Made by a program: the position numbers and the translations under genes. This document shows positions 46,695-56,978 of a stretch of DNA of 64,000 nt, one piece after another. Origin of the DNA: a virus; IMG/VR virus record IMGVR_UViG_3300030104_007872, positions 1-64,000 of that record. One strand, given 5' to 3'. How positions within the stretch are numbered: the first letter of the stretch is position 1; every line of letters starts with the position of its first letter. A model generated the notes under the pieces. The model saw only the letters and a program-made list of their open reading frames with translations. It had not been told where the DNA came from and did no database searches.

Positions 46695-47704
46695 TGAGAG
46701 CTTGTGATTACATAGCGACAGCATTGAGCAAAAGAGGCGTAAAGTATGTTTACGGCGTAATGGGCGGCGGTGCTGCGGGTTTAAATGATGGCTTCATTAA
46801 AAACAGCAATATACAATACATCGGCTTTCACCATGAGCAGGGGGCAAGTCATGCAGCTATAGGGGAAAGCAAGGTTACAAAAAAAATTGCAGTCGTTAAT
46901 CCGACCACGGGTTGTGGTGGCACTAATTGCGTAACTTCGGTCTTGGATGCGTGGCAAGACAGTATACCAGTGGTATTCATATCGGGCAATGTGCGCTTAA
47001 GTCATACCAGTTCACACATCAATAGAATAAACAATACATCAATTAGAAAATTTGGAATACAGGAACACGATATCGTTTCTACAGTAAAATCAATTACAAA
47101 GTATTCAAAATTTGTAGAGACAGCGGAGGATGTTCCATACGAACTTGAACGTGCTATTCATGAGGCGACAAGCGGAAGAATGGGGCCAGTGTGGCTAGAC
47201 ATTCCCAGTGATGTTCAGCATGGTGACATACCCGAAACCCACAAAACCTTTACTCCTGGAATTGATAACGTTTTAAATAAAGGTTTAGACTATGTAGAGC
47301 AAAGCATTAACAATTATGACAGGCCGTTAGTCCTTGCGGGGTATGGTGTGGTTTTAAGCGATTCTAAAAACGACTTTAAAAAGTTTATCGAACAAAACAA
47401 CGTACCTTTTGTTACTAGTTATTTAGGTATTGATATTCTTGGTTATGAACACCCACTAAACTTGGGAACTATAGGAATCAAGGGCAGTAGGGCGGGTAAT
47501 TTTGCGATTCAAAATTGTGATTGCCTAATAGTGATGGGTTGCTCTCTCAACAGTTCGCATTTAGGCTATGATGAAAATTTGTTTTCTCCGAAGTCCCACA
47601 AAATAATCATTGACATAGATTCAGATGAACACGCAAAAAACAAAGTTAAGATAGACAAATTAATAAAAGCAGATTTGCGCGAATTTTTTAATCATGAAAG
47701 CTGA
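46694..47704 (+). CDS. ThDP-dependent carboligase, N-terminal and middle domains (YerE/acetolactate-synthase-like)
   Basis: HHEQGA, AWQDSIP, GIQE, GPVWLDIP and NFAIQNCD. Confidence 0.88.
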   Translation: MRACDYIATALSKRGVKYVYGVMGGGAAGLNDGFIKNSNIQYIGFHHEQGASHAAIGESKVTKKIAVVNPTTGCGGTNCVTSVLDAWQDSIPVVFISGNVRLSHTSSHINRINNTSIRKFGIQEHDIVSTVKSITKYSKFVETAEDVPYELERAIHEATSGRMGPVWLDIPSDVQHGDIPETHKTFTPGIDNVLNKGLDYVEQSINNYDRPLVLAGYGVVLSDSKNDFKKFIEQNNVPFVTSYLGIDILGYEHPLNLGTIGIKGSRAGNFAIQNCDCLIVMGCSLNSSHLGYDENLFSPKSHKIIIDIDSDEHAKNKVKIDKLIKADLREFFNHES

Positions 47705-48443
47705 GTGGATTGATAGATGCAAGAGGTGGAAAAGTAAGTGGCCAATCTTCAAAGATTCGTTTATTGACGATTCGAACGGCGTTAATCTTTATAATTTTAT
47801 TGAGATTTTAAATTCCGTAATAACAAAAAACGAAACAATAGTCAGTGATGCTGGATCGGCCATATATGTGCCCTGCCAGAATTTAAAATTAAAAGAGGGT
47901 CAAGACTTCATCATATCTGGGGCTCAAGCCGATATGGGTTTTGCATTGCCAGCTTCCATTGGTGTATACTTGGCGGATTCTACGAAAAATGTATTAGTTG
48001 TAACGGGCGACGGAAGCTTCAATACCAATATTCAGGAGTTAGCTGTGATTAGAAGCCTAAACGTACCAATAAAAATCTTTGTCTGGAACAATAATGGTTA
48101 TTTGAGCATTAGAAATACACAAAGCAAGTTTTATGAGGGTCGCGTCTATGGGACAGACAAGGATACTGGGCTCTGGTTTCCAGAATTAGAATCAGTGGCA
48201 AAGACTTATGAATTTGACTTCGTAAAATTATCAACGAACGTGGAAGTGAGAGATAACTTACTTAAAATTATTAATAATAAAAACCCTATGATATGTGAGG
48301 TTATTTGCGACCCCAATCAAGATATTACACCAACCTTAATGCTAAAAGAGGACGAGGCAACGGGTGAAAAAATTCAGTGCGGTTTGGATGACATGTTTCC
48401 ATTTTTGTCACAAGCAGAACTAGATAACGAAAAATACAATTAA
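47694..48443 (+). CDS. ThDP-dependent carboligase, C-terminal ThDP-binding domain
   Basis: MGFALPASIG and GDGS...NNNGY. Confidence 0.88.
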   Translation: MKAEWIDRCKRWKSKWPIFKDSFIDDSNGVNLYNFIEILNSVITKNETIVSDAGSAIYVPCQNLKLKEGQDFIISGAQADMGFALPASIGVYLADSTKNVLVVTGDGSFNTNIQELAVIRSLNVPIKIFVWNNNGYLSIRNTQSKFYEGRVYGTDKDTGLWFPELESVAKTYEFDFVKLSTNVEVRDNLLKIINNKNPMICEVICDPNQDITPTLMLKEDEATGEKIQCGLDDMFPFLSQAELDNEKYN

Positions 48444-48445
48444 TT

Positions 48446-49375
48446 ATGAAAAAAAATATTTTACAATTTAATAAAATGAAAGCCAAGGGGGAGCCAATAA
48501 CGTGGGTAACCGCCTACAGTTATCCGTTTGCTGCTGCCGCAGAGAGGGCTGGAATCGAAATGATATTAGTTGGCGATTCAGGAGGTATGGTCGAGCTTGG
48601 CTACGAAACGACAAATCCTGTCACAATGGATGAAATGATTACATTCGCTAAGGCAGCAAGAAAGGGCGCCCCAAATACTTTTGTCGTTGGCGATATGCCT
48701 CAAAGTTCGTATGAAATTTCTGATGAGGAGGCGATCAAAAATGCGATGAGGTTTGTAAAAGAGGCGGGGGTGGACGCCGTTAAGCTTGAAGGTGGAGATA
48801 GAGTGGTTAGCAGAATAAAAGCTATTGTTGATGCGGGCATATTGGTTATAGGCCACCTTGGCTTAACCCCCCAAAGCACTGTTTCATTTGGCGGCTACAA
48901 GGTTCAGGGTAAGTCTGTCGAAAGCTTTGAAGAAATGGTGGATGATTGTCGCAGTATTAGCGATGCAGGGTGCTGCATGATATTACTAGAGGCTATTCCA
49001 AGTTCTGTCGGCGGTCAAATTTCAAAAGCGTTCGATATCCCAATCATGGGTATTGGAGCGGGAGATCTGGTAGATGGGCAGCTTTTGATCATGCACGATT
49101 TAACAGGGTTCTACACAGATTTTCGACCTTGGTTTGCAAAATGCTACATCCCGCAAGTTATTGAAAAATATGCGAATGAATTAAGCAATTATAAAGACAT
49201 TAAAAAACACGGTATTGACACGAGGATGGACGGGCTGAATGTCCTTGTCGAGTATGCGCTCAGCGACTATCACCACGAGGTAAAGAACAAGGAGTATCCC
49301 CCCTCAGAGTATATTTATCCGATTAAAGATGAAGATTTGGAAAAGCTGAAAAATTCCAGATACTGGGTGGACTAG
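48446..49375 (+). CDS. panB: ketopantoate hydroxymethyltransferase-like protein
   Basis: LVGDS, VVGDMP, AVKLEGG, GHLGLTPQ and GIGAG...DGQ. Confidence 0.9.
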   Translation: MKKNILQFNKMKAKGEPITWVTAYSYPFAAAAERAGIEMILVGDSGGMVELGYETTNPVTMDEMITFAKAARKGAPNTFVVGDMPQSSYEISDEEAIKNAMRFVKEAGVDAVKLEGGDRVVSRIKAIVDAGILVIGHLGLTPQSTVSFGGYKVQGKSVESFEEMVDDCRSISDAGCCMILLEAIPSSVGGQISKAFDIPIMGIGAGDLVDGQLLIMHDLTGFYTDFRPWFAKCYIPQVIEKYANELSNYKDIKKHGIDTRMDGLNVLVEYALSDYHHEVKNKEYPPSEYIYPIKDEDLEKLKNSRYWVD

Positions 49376-49380
49376 ATTTA

Positions 49381-50163
49381 ATGAAGAAGAGTATATTGAT
49401 CACTGGCGCCAATGGCTATGTTGCGCGAGCGCTACAGAAGGGCCTGAGCGCTTATGACCTAACGACGATTCAGCGCACGGATTTTGACCTAACCGACCAA
49501 AAGGCCACCGAAGATTTCTTTAAAAATAAATTTTTCGATGTTGTCATTCATACGGCGATTAGGGGTGGTAGGAGATTACAGCAAGACGACAACGAAGTTT
49601 TTGATGGTAATGTTCAAATGTTTTTAAATTTATTAAAAAACAAAAATAGTTTTGGAAGATTCATAAATTTAGGTTCGGGCGCTGAGGTAAAAGAAACTTC
49701 CACTCCTTATGGATTTAGCAAGAGCGTTATTAGCAACAGGCTGTTAAGTGAACCTAATTTTCATAACGTGCGAATATACGGCATTTTTGACGCTAATGAA
49801 CTGTCCACTAGGTTTATAAAAGCCAACATTACAAATTACCTCAATAAACAGCCAATGAAGGTCCTTCAAAACAAAAAAATGGATTTCTTCTACATGCCCG
49901 ATTTAATTAAACTTATTGATTTTTTAGTGGCTGGTAAAAAGCCCTTGAAAGTAATTGAGTGCTGTTATGACGAAGCCTTTTCTTTATCGTGGATTGCAAA
50001 TTTTATCAATACATTAGGCTCTCACAAGGTAGATATAAAATTAGCTAGCAGTGACACAGACGCCGATTATGTTGGGTCCAATTCTGCTGAAAATTTACCG
50101 ATTGAATTTACAGGCTTAATCAAGGGAATTAGAGAAACTTTTAATATACTTAAAAACGAATGA
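49381..50163 (+). CDS. NAD-dependent sugar reductase/epimerase (extended SDR)
   Basis: ITGANGYV and YGFSK. Confidence 0.82.
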   Translation: MKKSILITGANGYVARALQKGLSAYDLTTIQRTDFDLTDQKATEDFFKNKFFDVVIHTAIRGGRRLQQDDNEVFDGNVQMFLNLLKNKNSFGRFINLGSGAEVKETSTPYGFSKSVISNRLLSEPNFHNVRIYGIFDANELSTRFIKANITNYLNKQPMKVLQNKKMDFFYMPDLIKLIDFLVAGKKPLKVIECCYDEAFSLSWIANFINTLGSHKVDIKLASSDTDADYVGSNSAENLPIEFTGLIKGIRETFNILKNE

Positions 50164-51248
50164 AACTTTCTTATTCAGACATAATAGATTCGCGTAAGGG
50201 TGAGGCGGCAGTGGTTGTTGGTGCGGGGCCATCATTAAATAACAACAAAAAACAAATTATCGATGCTCAAAAAGATGGTTTGATAAAAATTTGCGTTAAC
50301 GAGTGGTTTCGCCTTTTTGAAAACAACTCAAAGCCAGATTATTTAGTTTTGGCTAGTGGGCATCACACAGATTCCATCACCGCTCACGGACCTATCGCAA
50401 ATGAGTTAAAGTTTCCTATTTTTTACGCTAATTCCACAGACGCGACCCCTCAGTCATGGGTGGAAGAGAATATGAAGGCGGATTGGTTCGGCTTTGATCA
50501 GCGGCATTGGCAAGGCAAAAATTGCCGTCATCTTATTGGTGAAATTGCCCACTGGATTGCTGAGGAATATCACAGACTAACGGGCGAATATCCACTACCA
50601 AATTCTATTAAGGAGGGCTCCACGGATGGATATCCCCTCTTTCCTATTGACATGCATTCGCTTAATGCGGTCACTGGGGGTTCCTCCAGCTTCTTCAGAG
50701 GTGCTACTTCGCCCAAGGCTGAGGAATTAAAAGAGATGATACAAAGGGCGCCCGAGGGCTTTTCATTACAGAATTTGAAAATGTATGGCAATAATGGAAT
50801 AATGTGGGATGGGCGCTGGCCATATGGCGGATTATGTGAGGCTGTGCGGTGGGAGTTTGACGCTACCGCAGGATGGAGGGCGGTTCCAAGATTTCCATGC
50901 ACTAAAGTGGGTGATGCTTCAACGTTAACGGTGCAGGAAACCCTGCAAAATACATCAGGATTTGATTGTCATTATAGCACGGGGGATACGGTAATAGTTC
51001 ACGCTCTTGCATTTGCTATTTTGATGGGTTGTAATCCCATCTATGTAACAGGCATGGATTTGGATTATCGTGTGGGCTACGCTAGTTCTCAAGCAGCCCC
51101 ACTCAATAACGATTGGCAAAGGTTTGCTAGGAATTTGATTAATGATTTGAAAATCCTTAATGAGAGCGCTATAATGAGGGGTATCGAAATCATCAATCTT
51201 CAAAAAGATGCTTGGTACGGCCAAATTAAACACGGAGAACTTAAATGA
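50160..51248 (+). CDS. Maf/DUF115 (MAF_flag10)-like nonulosonate transferase with a large insertion
   Basis: AVVVGAGPSL and TVIVHALAFAILMGCNPIYVTGMD; adjacent to neuB. Confidence 0.72.
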   Translation: MKLSYSDIIDSRKGEAAVVVGAGPSLNNNKKQIIDAQKDGLIKICVNEWFRLFENNSKPDYLVLASGHHTDSITAHGPIANELKFPIFYANSTDATPQSWVEENMKADWFGFDQRHWQGKNCRHLIGEIAHWIAEEYHRLTGEYPLPNSIKEGSTDGYPLFPIDMHSLNAVTGGSSSFFRGATSPKAEELKEMIQRAPEGFSLQNLKMYGNNGIMWDGRWPYGGLCEAVRWEFDATAGWRAVPRFPCTKVGDASTLTVQETLQNTSGFDCHYSTGDTVIVHALAFAILMGCNPIYVTGMDLDYRVGYASSQAAPLNNDWQRFARNLINDLKILNESAIMRGIEIINLQKDAWYGQIKHGELK

Positions 51249-52093
51249 ATAAAGAATGTCCCACCCATACATATGTAATCGCAGAAATAGGTATTAACCA
51301 CAACGGTGATGTAGATATAGCGAAAGAACTTATCGAGCAAGCTTGCTCAGCGGGTTGCGATGCCGTTAAATTTCAAAAAAGAACCATTGATCTGGTTTAC
51401 TCACAAGAAGAGTTAGATTCGCCACGGGAATCTCCATTTGGAACCACGACCAGACAGCAAAAAGAGGGTATAGAGTTGCACATTTCCGAATTGCAAACAT
51501 TAGAAGATTACGCCTCAAGCCTTGGTCTTGACTTTATTGTTTCATGTTGGGATGGGAATAGCTTAGATGAGGTAAATAATAATCTTAATGTTCGTTACCA
51601 CAAAATTGCGTCAGCAATGTTGACCGATGTCATGTTTTTGGAGAAAGTAAATAATACAGGCAAGCCTGTTATCCTCTCAGTGGGCATGTCTACTGATGAG
51701 GAAATAGACAAGGCTTTAAATTTACTGGATAACGTCGAATATATATTGGCTTGCACCAGCACTTATCCAACAAAAGCCGAAGAAGTAAACCTTCTTCACG
51801 TTTCTACGTTAAAAAATCAATTTGAAGACTTAGGCGTTGCGGTAAAAGTTGGTTTTTCAAATCATTACAACGGTGCAGATGCGTGTGTGGGCGCTGTCGC
51901 CTTAGGCGCCGAGTGTATTGAGTTTCACATAACACGAGACAGGACGATGTATGGTTCGGATCAACCTGCGTCTATTGAGGATGCCGCGTCTCTTGTTGCG
52001 GGTATTCGAAATATGGAGATGATGATTGGAGATGGAATTAAAAAAGTCTATGATTCCGAAAAACCTATAGCCGCTAAATTAAGGAAAAATTAA
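51245..52093 (+). CDS. neuB: nonulosonate synthase (NeuB family, no C-terminal SAF domain)
   Basis: IAEIGINHNGD, AVKFQKR, KIASA, CTSTYP, GFSNH and IEFHIT. Confidence 0.93.
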   Translation: MNKECPTHTYVIAEIGINHNGDVDIAKELIEQACSAGCDAVKFQKRTIDLVYSQEELDSPRESPFGTTTRQQKEGIELHISELQTLEDYASSLGLDFIVSCWDGNSLDEVNNNLNVRYHKIASAMLTDVMFLEKVNNTGKPVILSVGMSTDEEIDKALNLLDNVEYILACTSTYPTKAEEVNLLHVSTLKNQFEDLGVAVKVGFSNHYNGADACVGAVALGAECIEFHITRDRTMYGSDQPASIEDAASLVAGIRNMEMMIGDGIKKVYDSEKPIAAKLRKN

Positions 52094-52097
52094 AACG

Positions 52098-52535
52098 ATG
52101 AGAGTAACAAATATCGACACCCTTTCCGCGTATTTTGATAGATTAATAACAGAAAACATAAAGTTATTTTTTTTCAAAAAGGACCAAGAACAGGAAAAGG
52201 TTGATCATCAAAAAGAAGTAATTTCTGATATTAAAGGTAAAATCTCCACTCTAATTAAAGAGTGCTTAGATACTGGTAAATACGAATATCTTTCAGAAAA
52301 ACGAACATTTAACGAAAACTCTATAGTAGAAAATTTAGAGGAATTAGTTTTTAATGATATTAATATAGGCGAATCGGATAGAGAAAGATTAAAACAAGTA
52401 CAATCTGAGACTCCAAGCTTAGATAAGTTCATAGTTAATGAAAAGAGACTTCGTAAGGCTAATGAGGGAAGGGCGCGTAATAAAAATGAAATTGACAACC
52501 AATTTCAAAAAATAATCGAAGAGCCTCAGACATGA
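52098..52535 (+). CDS. helical protein, DUF4254-like
   Basis: DTLSAYFDRLITENIK and NEGRARNKNEID. Confidence 0.5.
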   Translation: MRVTNIDTLSAYFDRLITENIKLFFFKKDQEQEKVDHQKEVISDIKGKISTLIKECLDTGKYEYLSEKRTFNENSIVENLEELVFNDINIGESDRERLKQVQSETPSLDKFIVNEKRLRKANEGRARNKNEIDNQFQKIIEEPQT

Positions 52536-53521
52536 AGGTCTTAATAACAGGGGTGGCAGGGCTACTGGGCTCTAATTTTGCTAAATATTTACTATCCAAG
52601 GGTTACACCGTTATAGGAATTGACGACCTGTCAGGTGGTTATAGAGAGTCTGTGCATGATGAGGTGGATTTTCACCAAATAAACCTAAGTGATCATAAAC
52701 GTTTGGAAGAATGTTTCCTTAAAACACAACCCGACTATGTTTATCATTTTGCTGCGTATGCAGCAGAGGGTTTAAGCCCATACATCAGGAGGCACAACTA
52801 CACCAACAATCTGGTTTGCTCCGCTAATGTTATTAATGCTTGTGTTAATTTTAACGTAAAAAAACTCATATTCACGTCATCAATGGCGGTATACGGCAGA
52901 GGCAATCCACCATTTACTGAAGATCAGCGCCCTACACCTGAAGACCCGTATGGTGTTGCTAAATACGCCGTAGAGATGGACTTGAAGATGGCGCATAAGC
53001 AGTTTGGCTTAAATTATTCCATTGTGCGACCCCACAATGTCATAGGTGTGGGTCAAAACATTTGGGATCGCTATCGCAATGTTATTGGAATATGGATTCG
53101 AAAATGCATGAGTGGAGAACCGATTAGCATTTTTGGCGACGGAACTCAAGTTCGCGCTTTTTCTGATATTAAATTTTACATGAAACCCTTTGAAAAATTA
53201 ATGAAAAATTATGAGGGTGAAATTTTTAATATTGGCGCTGATAAAGATTGGACTATAAATGATGCCGCAAATCTAGTGGCAGATGTGGCAAAAGACTGTG
53301 GGTATCAACCTTCGATTACACATTTACCGCCTCGAAACGAGGTTCACACCGCTTACTGCGATCACGCAAAAGCTAAGGAGTTTTTAGGCTTTATTGACGA
53401 AACCAATTTACAACAAACCATCAAAGATATGTTTGCTTGGGCGGCTGCACAAAAAGATCATGCCGTAACATACTTTGATTACGAAATAGAAAAAAATCTT
53501 TATACTTTTTGGAAAAAATGA
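52532..53521 (+). CDS. NAD-dependent nucleotide-sugar epimerase/dehydratase
   Basis: TGVAGLLG, SSMAVYG, YGVAK and GDGTQVRAF. Confidence 0.9.
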   Translation: MKVLITGVAGLLGSNFAKYLLSKGYTVIGIDDLSGGYRESVHDEVDFHQINLSDHKRLEECFLKTQPDYVYHFAAYAAEGLSPYIRRHNYTNNLVCSANVINACVNFNVKKLIFTSSMAVYGRGNPPFTEDQRPTPEDPYGVAKYAVEMDLKMAHKQFGLNYSIVRPHNVIGVGQNIWDRYRNVIGIWIRKCMSGEPISIFGDGTQVRAFSDIKFYMKPFEKLMKNYEGEIFNIGADKDWTINDAANLVADVAKDCGYQPSITHLPPRNEVHTAYCDHAKAKEFLGFIDETNLQQTIKDMFAWAAAQKDHAVTYFDYEIEKNLYTFWKK

Positions 53522-54558
53522 TGAAATTCGGTATTTGGCGACATGAAAATTCCATAGGAAATTCGGTGGAACACACGATGGGTCTAGCGGTTTATTTAAC
53601 AGTCAATAAGATTGATCCCGCCAATGTGGAAGTTTATGTCGAGAACGATTGGCAGAAAGATTTCGTTCTGTGCATACAGGGTATTCAGGAAAAAAATGTA
53701 AAGTTTTTTGAGCGCCCCGTTGAAATGGACACTAAAGATCCGTATTTTGATGACATTCACATGCCAAACGTTTACGGACCAACCGCTTTCCCGCTTAGTT
53801 ACGAGTGCGATTGGAATTATCTAGATAAACATAAAGAGCTTAACGTTTCACTTAAGTTTGACGATAGCGATTACGAAAATAAATTTAATTTACCTAAAGA
53901 TGCAGTTGTTCTCTTTTGTAGGGAACACGGAACGTGGTGGAAACGTGAGGATGGTAGTGAATTTGAGCCCGAGAGATTTGTGGACCCCGAAACCTTCCAT
54001 GATTTAGCTCACTATTACGCTAATAAAGGCTATAAAGTGATTAAGATTGGTGACGCCAAACAAAAAAGGTTGCGGGGAAATTATACACCTTTTGAATTCG
54101 GAGAGAGATACGAACACGAGAACCTGATCGATTTTACCAAATATCTTGACGAAGACGGCAACCCTAGATGGACTCTGAAAGATTATCTGTTTATTCTACA
54201 AAATTGTAAGGTTTTTATCTCCTGTGATGCTGGAATTTGGCCAATGGCCGCAGCAATGAATAAAAATCTTGTTTTTTGCAATGTGATGTGCATACTTTAC
54301 CCTATAACCCTCAAGCCACTTTCGGATGGAGCAAAGCTTTCGGATGATGGTCTGACCATAGAGTTTACGAAGCCCAATATGGTGACGTGGATGCCACGGA
54401 AAACTACTAGGGTCTTACTGAAACATGCAACCATAGACACGGATAAGCTTAAAAGAGTTGAAGAGGATAGCGGAACGTATAAGATTTTCTCCACTGATGT
54501 GATTTTTAGCGATAACACCTTCACGGAAATACTCACAGCAACAGAAACGTTAATTTAG
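53518..54558 (+). CDS. GT9-like/TIGR04372-like glycosyltransferase
   Basis: GYKVIKIGD, IDFT and CKVFISCDAGIWPMA. Confidence 0.7.
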   Translation: MMKFGIWRHENSIGNSVEHTMGLAVYLTVNKIDPANVEVYVENDWQKDFVLCIQGIQEKNVKFFERPVEMDTKDPYFDDIHMPNVYGPTAFPLSYECDWNYLDKHKELNVSLKFDDSDYENKFNLPKDAVVLFCREHGTWWKREDGSEFEPERFVDPETFHDLAHYYANKGYKVIKIGDAKQKRLRGNYTPFEFGERYEHENLIDFTKYLDEDGNPRWTLKDYLFILQNCKVFISCDAGIWPMAAAMNKNLVFCNVMCILYPITLKPLSDGAKLSDDGLTIEFTKPNMVTWMPRKTTRVLLKHATIDTDKLKRVEEDSGTYKIFSTDVIFSDNTFTEILTATETLI

Positions 54559-54559
54559 C

Positions 54560-55237
54560 ATGAATATCGCTGCCTTTATACCTGCGCGAGGTGGTAGCAA
54601 AGCAATTCCGCGCAAAAATATTATAGAATTTGCAGGGCAACCACTATTAAGTTGGTCAATCGAACAGGCTCAAGCTTCCGAATACATAAATAACGTTTAC
54701 GTTTCTTCTGATGATGATGAAATTTTGCGGATTTCTGAAAATTATGGTGCAAAGTCAGTTAAGCGTCCCGATGATATTTCTGGCGACTTAGCTTCAAGTG
54801 AATCCGCTTTACTGCACTTTACAAGTCACCTTAAAAATGTTGATCTCGTAGTCTTCCTTCAGGCCACGTCGCCGCTACGCGAACCCTGTGATCTGGACGG
54901 GGCAATAGAGCACTTTTTAATGCATAATTACGATTCCCTGTTTTCAGCAAATGAATTGGGAGACATGTGCATCTGGAGAAAAAAAAACAATAAGCTTAAA
55001 AGCTATAATTATAATTATAAAAATCGCCAGCGTCGGCAAGATCTTAATCAGGAACAACTGGTGGAAAATGGTTCGTTTTATTTATTTACGCCAAAATGCT
55101 TGCGAAAATATAAAAATCGTTTAGGCGGAAAAATAGGATATTTTTTAATGGAAAATTGGAAAATTCACGAGGTTGACACGCCAGAGGATCTAGTGTTATG
55201 TGAGTTTATGTTTAAGCAGAAGGGATTGAATAAGTGA
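54560..55237 (+). CDS. neuA: CMP-nonulosonate synthetase
   Basis: IPARGGSKAIPRKN, LQATSPLR, ENGSFY and EVDTPED. Confidence 0.95.
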   Translation: MNIAAFIPARGGSKAIPRKNIIEFAGQPLLSWSIEQAQASEYINNVYVSSDDDEILRISENYGAKSVKRPDDISGDLASSESALLHFTSHLKNVDLVVFLQATSPLREPCDLDGAIEHFLMHNYDSLFSANELGDMCIWRKKNNKLKSYNYNYKNRQRRQDLNQEQLVENGSFYLFTPKCLRKYKNRLGGKIGYFLMENWKIHEVDTPEDLVLCEFMFKQKGLNK

Positions 55238-56208
55238 ATGAGTCAGTAGAGAGAGTGGTTTATATGAATGGGGAGTTTATTCCCGAGTCGCAGGCTAAGG
55301 TATCTATATATGATTCTGCCCTCATGTTTGGCGATATGGTTTTTGAAATGACCCGCTCGTTTAATAAGAAGCAATTCAAATTACGGGAACATTTGGAAAG
55401 GTTATACGCATCGATGAAATATATTCACCTCGATTACCCAATGAGTATTGAGGAGATGGAAGATGCAGTTTACAAAACTATCGAAGTTAATGAGCCCGCT
55501 TTCGGAAAGGACGATGAGCACCGTATTATGATTGATGTCACACGGGGACTACTGGGAATATACGAGGGGGTTAACGGATTACGGTCTGGGCCAAATGTAA
55601 TTATAGCGGATTTTCCGCTAAAGTGGACGGTGAGTTCTATGGGCCATTTATTTGATACGGGTATCAATGCGGTAATAACCTCACAAAGAGCTATTCCTGC
55701 TTCTCTTTTAGAGCCCAAAATAAAAAATAGAAGTAGGATACATTACCTTATGGCTAACATAGAGGCGTCAAAGATGAAGGGTCAAGATAACTGGGCTCTT
55801 TTGCTTGATCCCGATGGATTCGTGGCCGAGGGCACGGGGGATAATTTCTTCATAGTTAAAAACGGACAGATAGTTACTCCTGAACCCCGTAATATTTTGC
55901 GCGGCATAAGCAGAGATTATATATTTGAATTGTCGCAGCAGCTTAATATTAAGTGTATTGAAAAAAACATTGAGCCATATGATGTAATGATGGCTGACGA
56001 AGCTTTTATGACGGGCACACCATTTTGCCTCCTTCCTGTGACAAGCTTAAATTCTGTTAAAATTGGTGACGGAGCCATGGGATCACTTACGCGCTTGCTA
56101 TTGGATCGCTGGAGCGCCAATGTAGGCTTAGACATAGAAAGGCAGATTAAAGATTATTCTTGTCCATCCAATTCATCATCTCCGTCTCCATACATTTTTA
56201 AAAAATGA
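55234..56208 (+). CDS. class IV PLP aminotransferase (IlvE/D-amino-acid-transaminase fold)
   Basis: YMNGEF, HLERL, EGTGDNFF, LRGISR and ADEAFMTGT. Confidence 0.9.
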   Translation: MNESVERVVYMNGEFIPESQAKVSIYDSALMFGDMVFEMTRSFNKKQFKLREHLERLYASMKYIHLDYPMSIEEMEDAVYKTIEVNEPAFGKDDEHRIMIDVTRGLLGIYEGVNGLRSGPNVIIADFPLKWTVSSMGHLFDTGINAVITSQRAIPASLLEPKIKNRSRIHYLMANIEASKMKGQDNWALLLDPDGFVAEGTGDNFFIVKNGQIVTPEPRNILRGISRDYIFELSQQLNIKCIEKNIEPYDVMMADEAFMTGTPFCLLPVTSLNSVKIGDGAMGSLTRLLLDRWSANVGLDIERQIKDYSCPSNSSSPSPYIFKK

Positions 56209-56978
56209 AGTTGGGAATAATTCAAGGTAGATTGTCTGAACCAATCGAGGGCTTCCAAGAGTGTCCAGAAAATTGGGCTAGAGAGTTCGAGTTATTGGTA
56301 GGTTTTAAATTGAATCATATAGAATGGATTGTTACAGCGGAGAAATTTAATACCAACCCCCTTTTCGCTGAAAATTTACGGAATTATCCAATTTCTTCTG
56401 TTTGCGCTGATTTTATGGTTAGCGAAAAGTTTTCGGATGGCGATTATTTAAAGCGTTTTTTGCGGCCCACTTGCGAAGCAGTTTTGCGTCATGGGATCAA
56501 ACATTTGACCATCCCCCTCCTAGAGGAAAGTGATGTGAGCAACTCAAAAGCAAGAGAGATATTTGCGAGTAATTTTGCACCTTATGTAGAAGAGTTTAGC
56601 GATATTACTTTTTTAATAGAAGCGGAACTTCATCAAGATAAACTAAAGGATCTTCTTGAGATCAGCCCAACCTTAGGTGTGACTTATGATACGGGCAATA
56701 TTACTTCTTGTGGTTTCAGTCACGAAAACTATATTAAGGAACTTAAAGACAGAATCAAACAAGTTCACATAAAGGATAGGACTATAAATCCAGTGGAAAC
56801 CGTTCCACCCACACGGGGACGCACTGATTTTAATTTAATTTTTAAAAAGCTTAAAGAGATAAATTTTGACGGTCCATATACACTTCAAACGGCCCGCGAA
56901 AAAACGGGAAATGAACTTGAAACAATTCAAAAACACGCAACAATAATACGAAATTTATATTATGAAGAATTTTTTTAA
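56205..56978 (+). CDS. sugar-phosphate isomerase/epimerase (xylose-isomerase-like TIM barrel)
   Basis: LGIIQGRLS, YDTGN, VHIKDR and YTLQTAR. Confidence 0.85.
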   Translation: MKLGIIQGRLSEPIEGFQECPENWAREFELLVGFKLNHIEWIVTAEKFNTNPLFAENLRNYPISSVCADFMVSEKFSDGDYLKRFLRPTCEAVLRHGIKHLTIPLLEESDVSNSKAREIFASNFAPYVEEFSDITFLIEAELHQDKLKDLLEISPTLGVTYDTGNITSCGFSHENYIKELKDRIKQVHIKDRTINPVETVPPTRGRTDFNLIFKKLKEINFDGPYTLQTAREKTGNELETIQKHATIIRNLYYEEFF

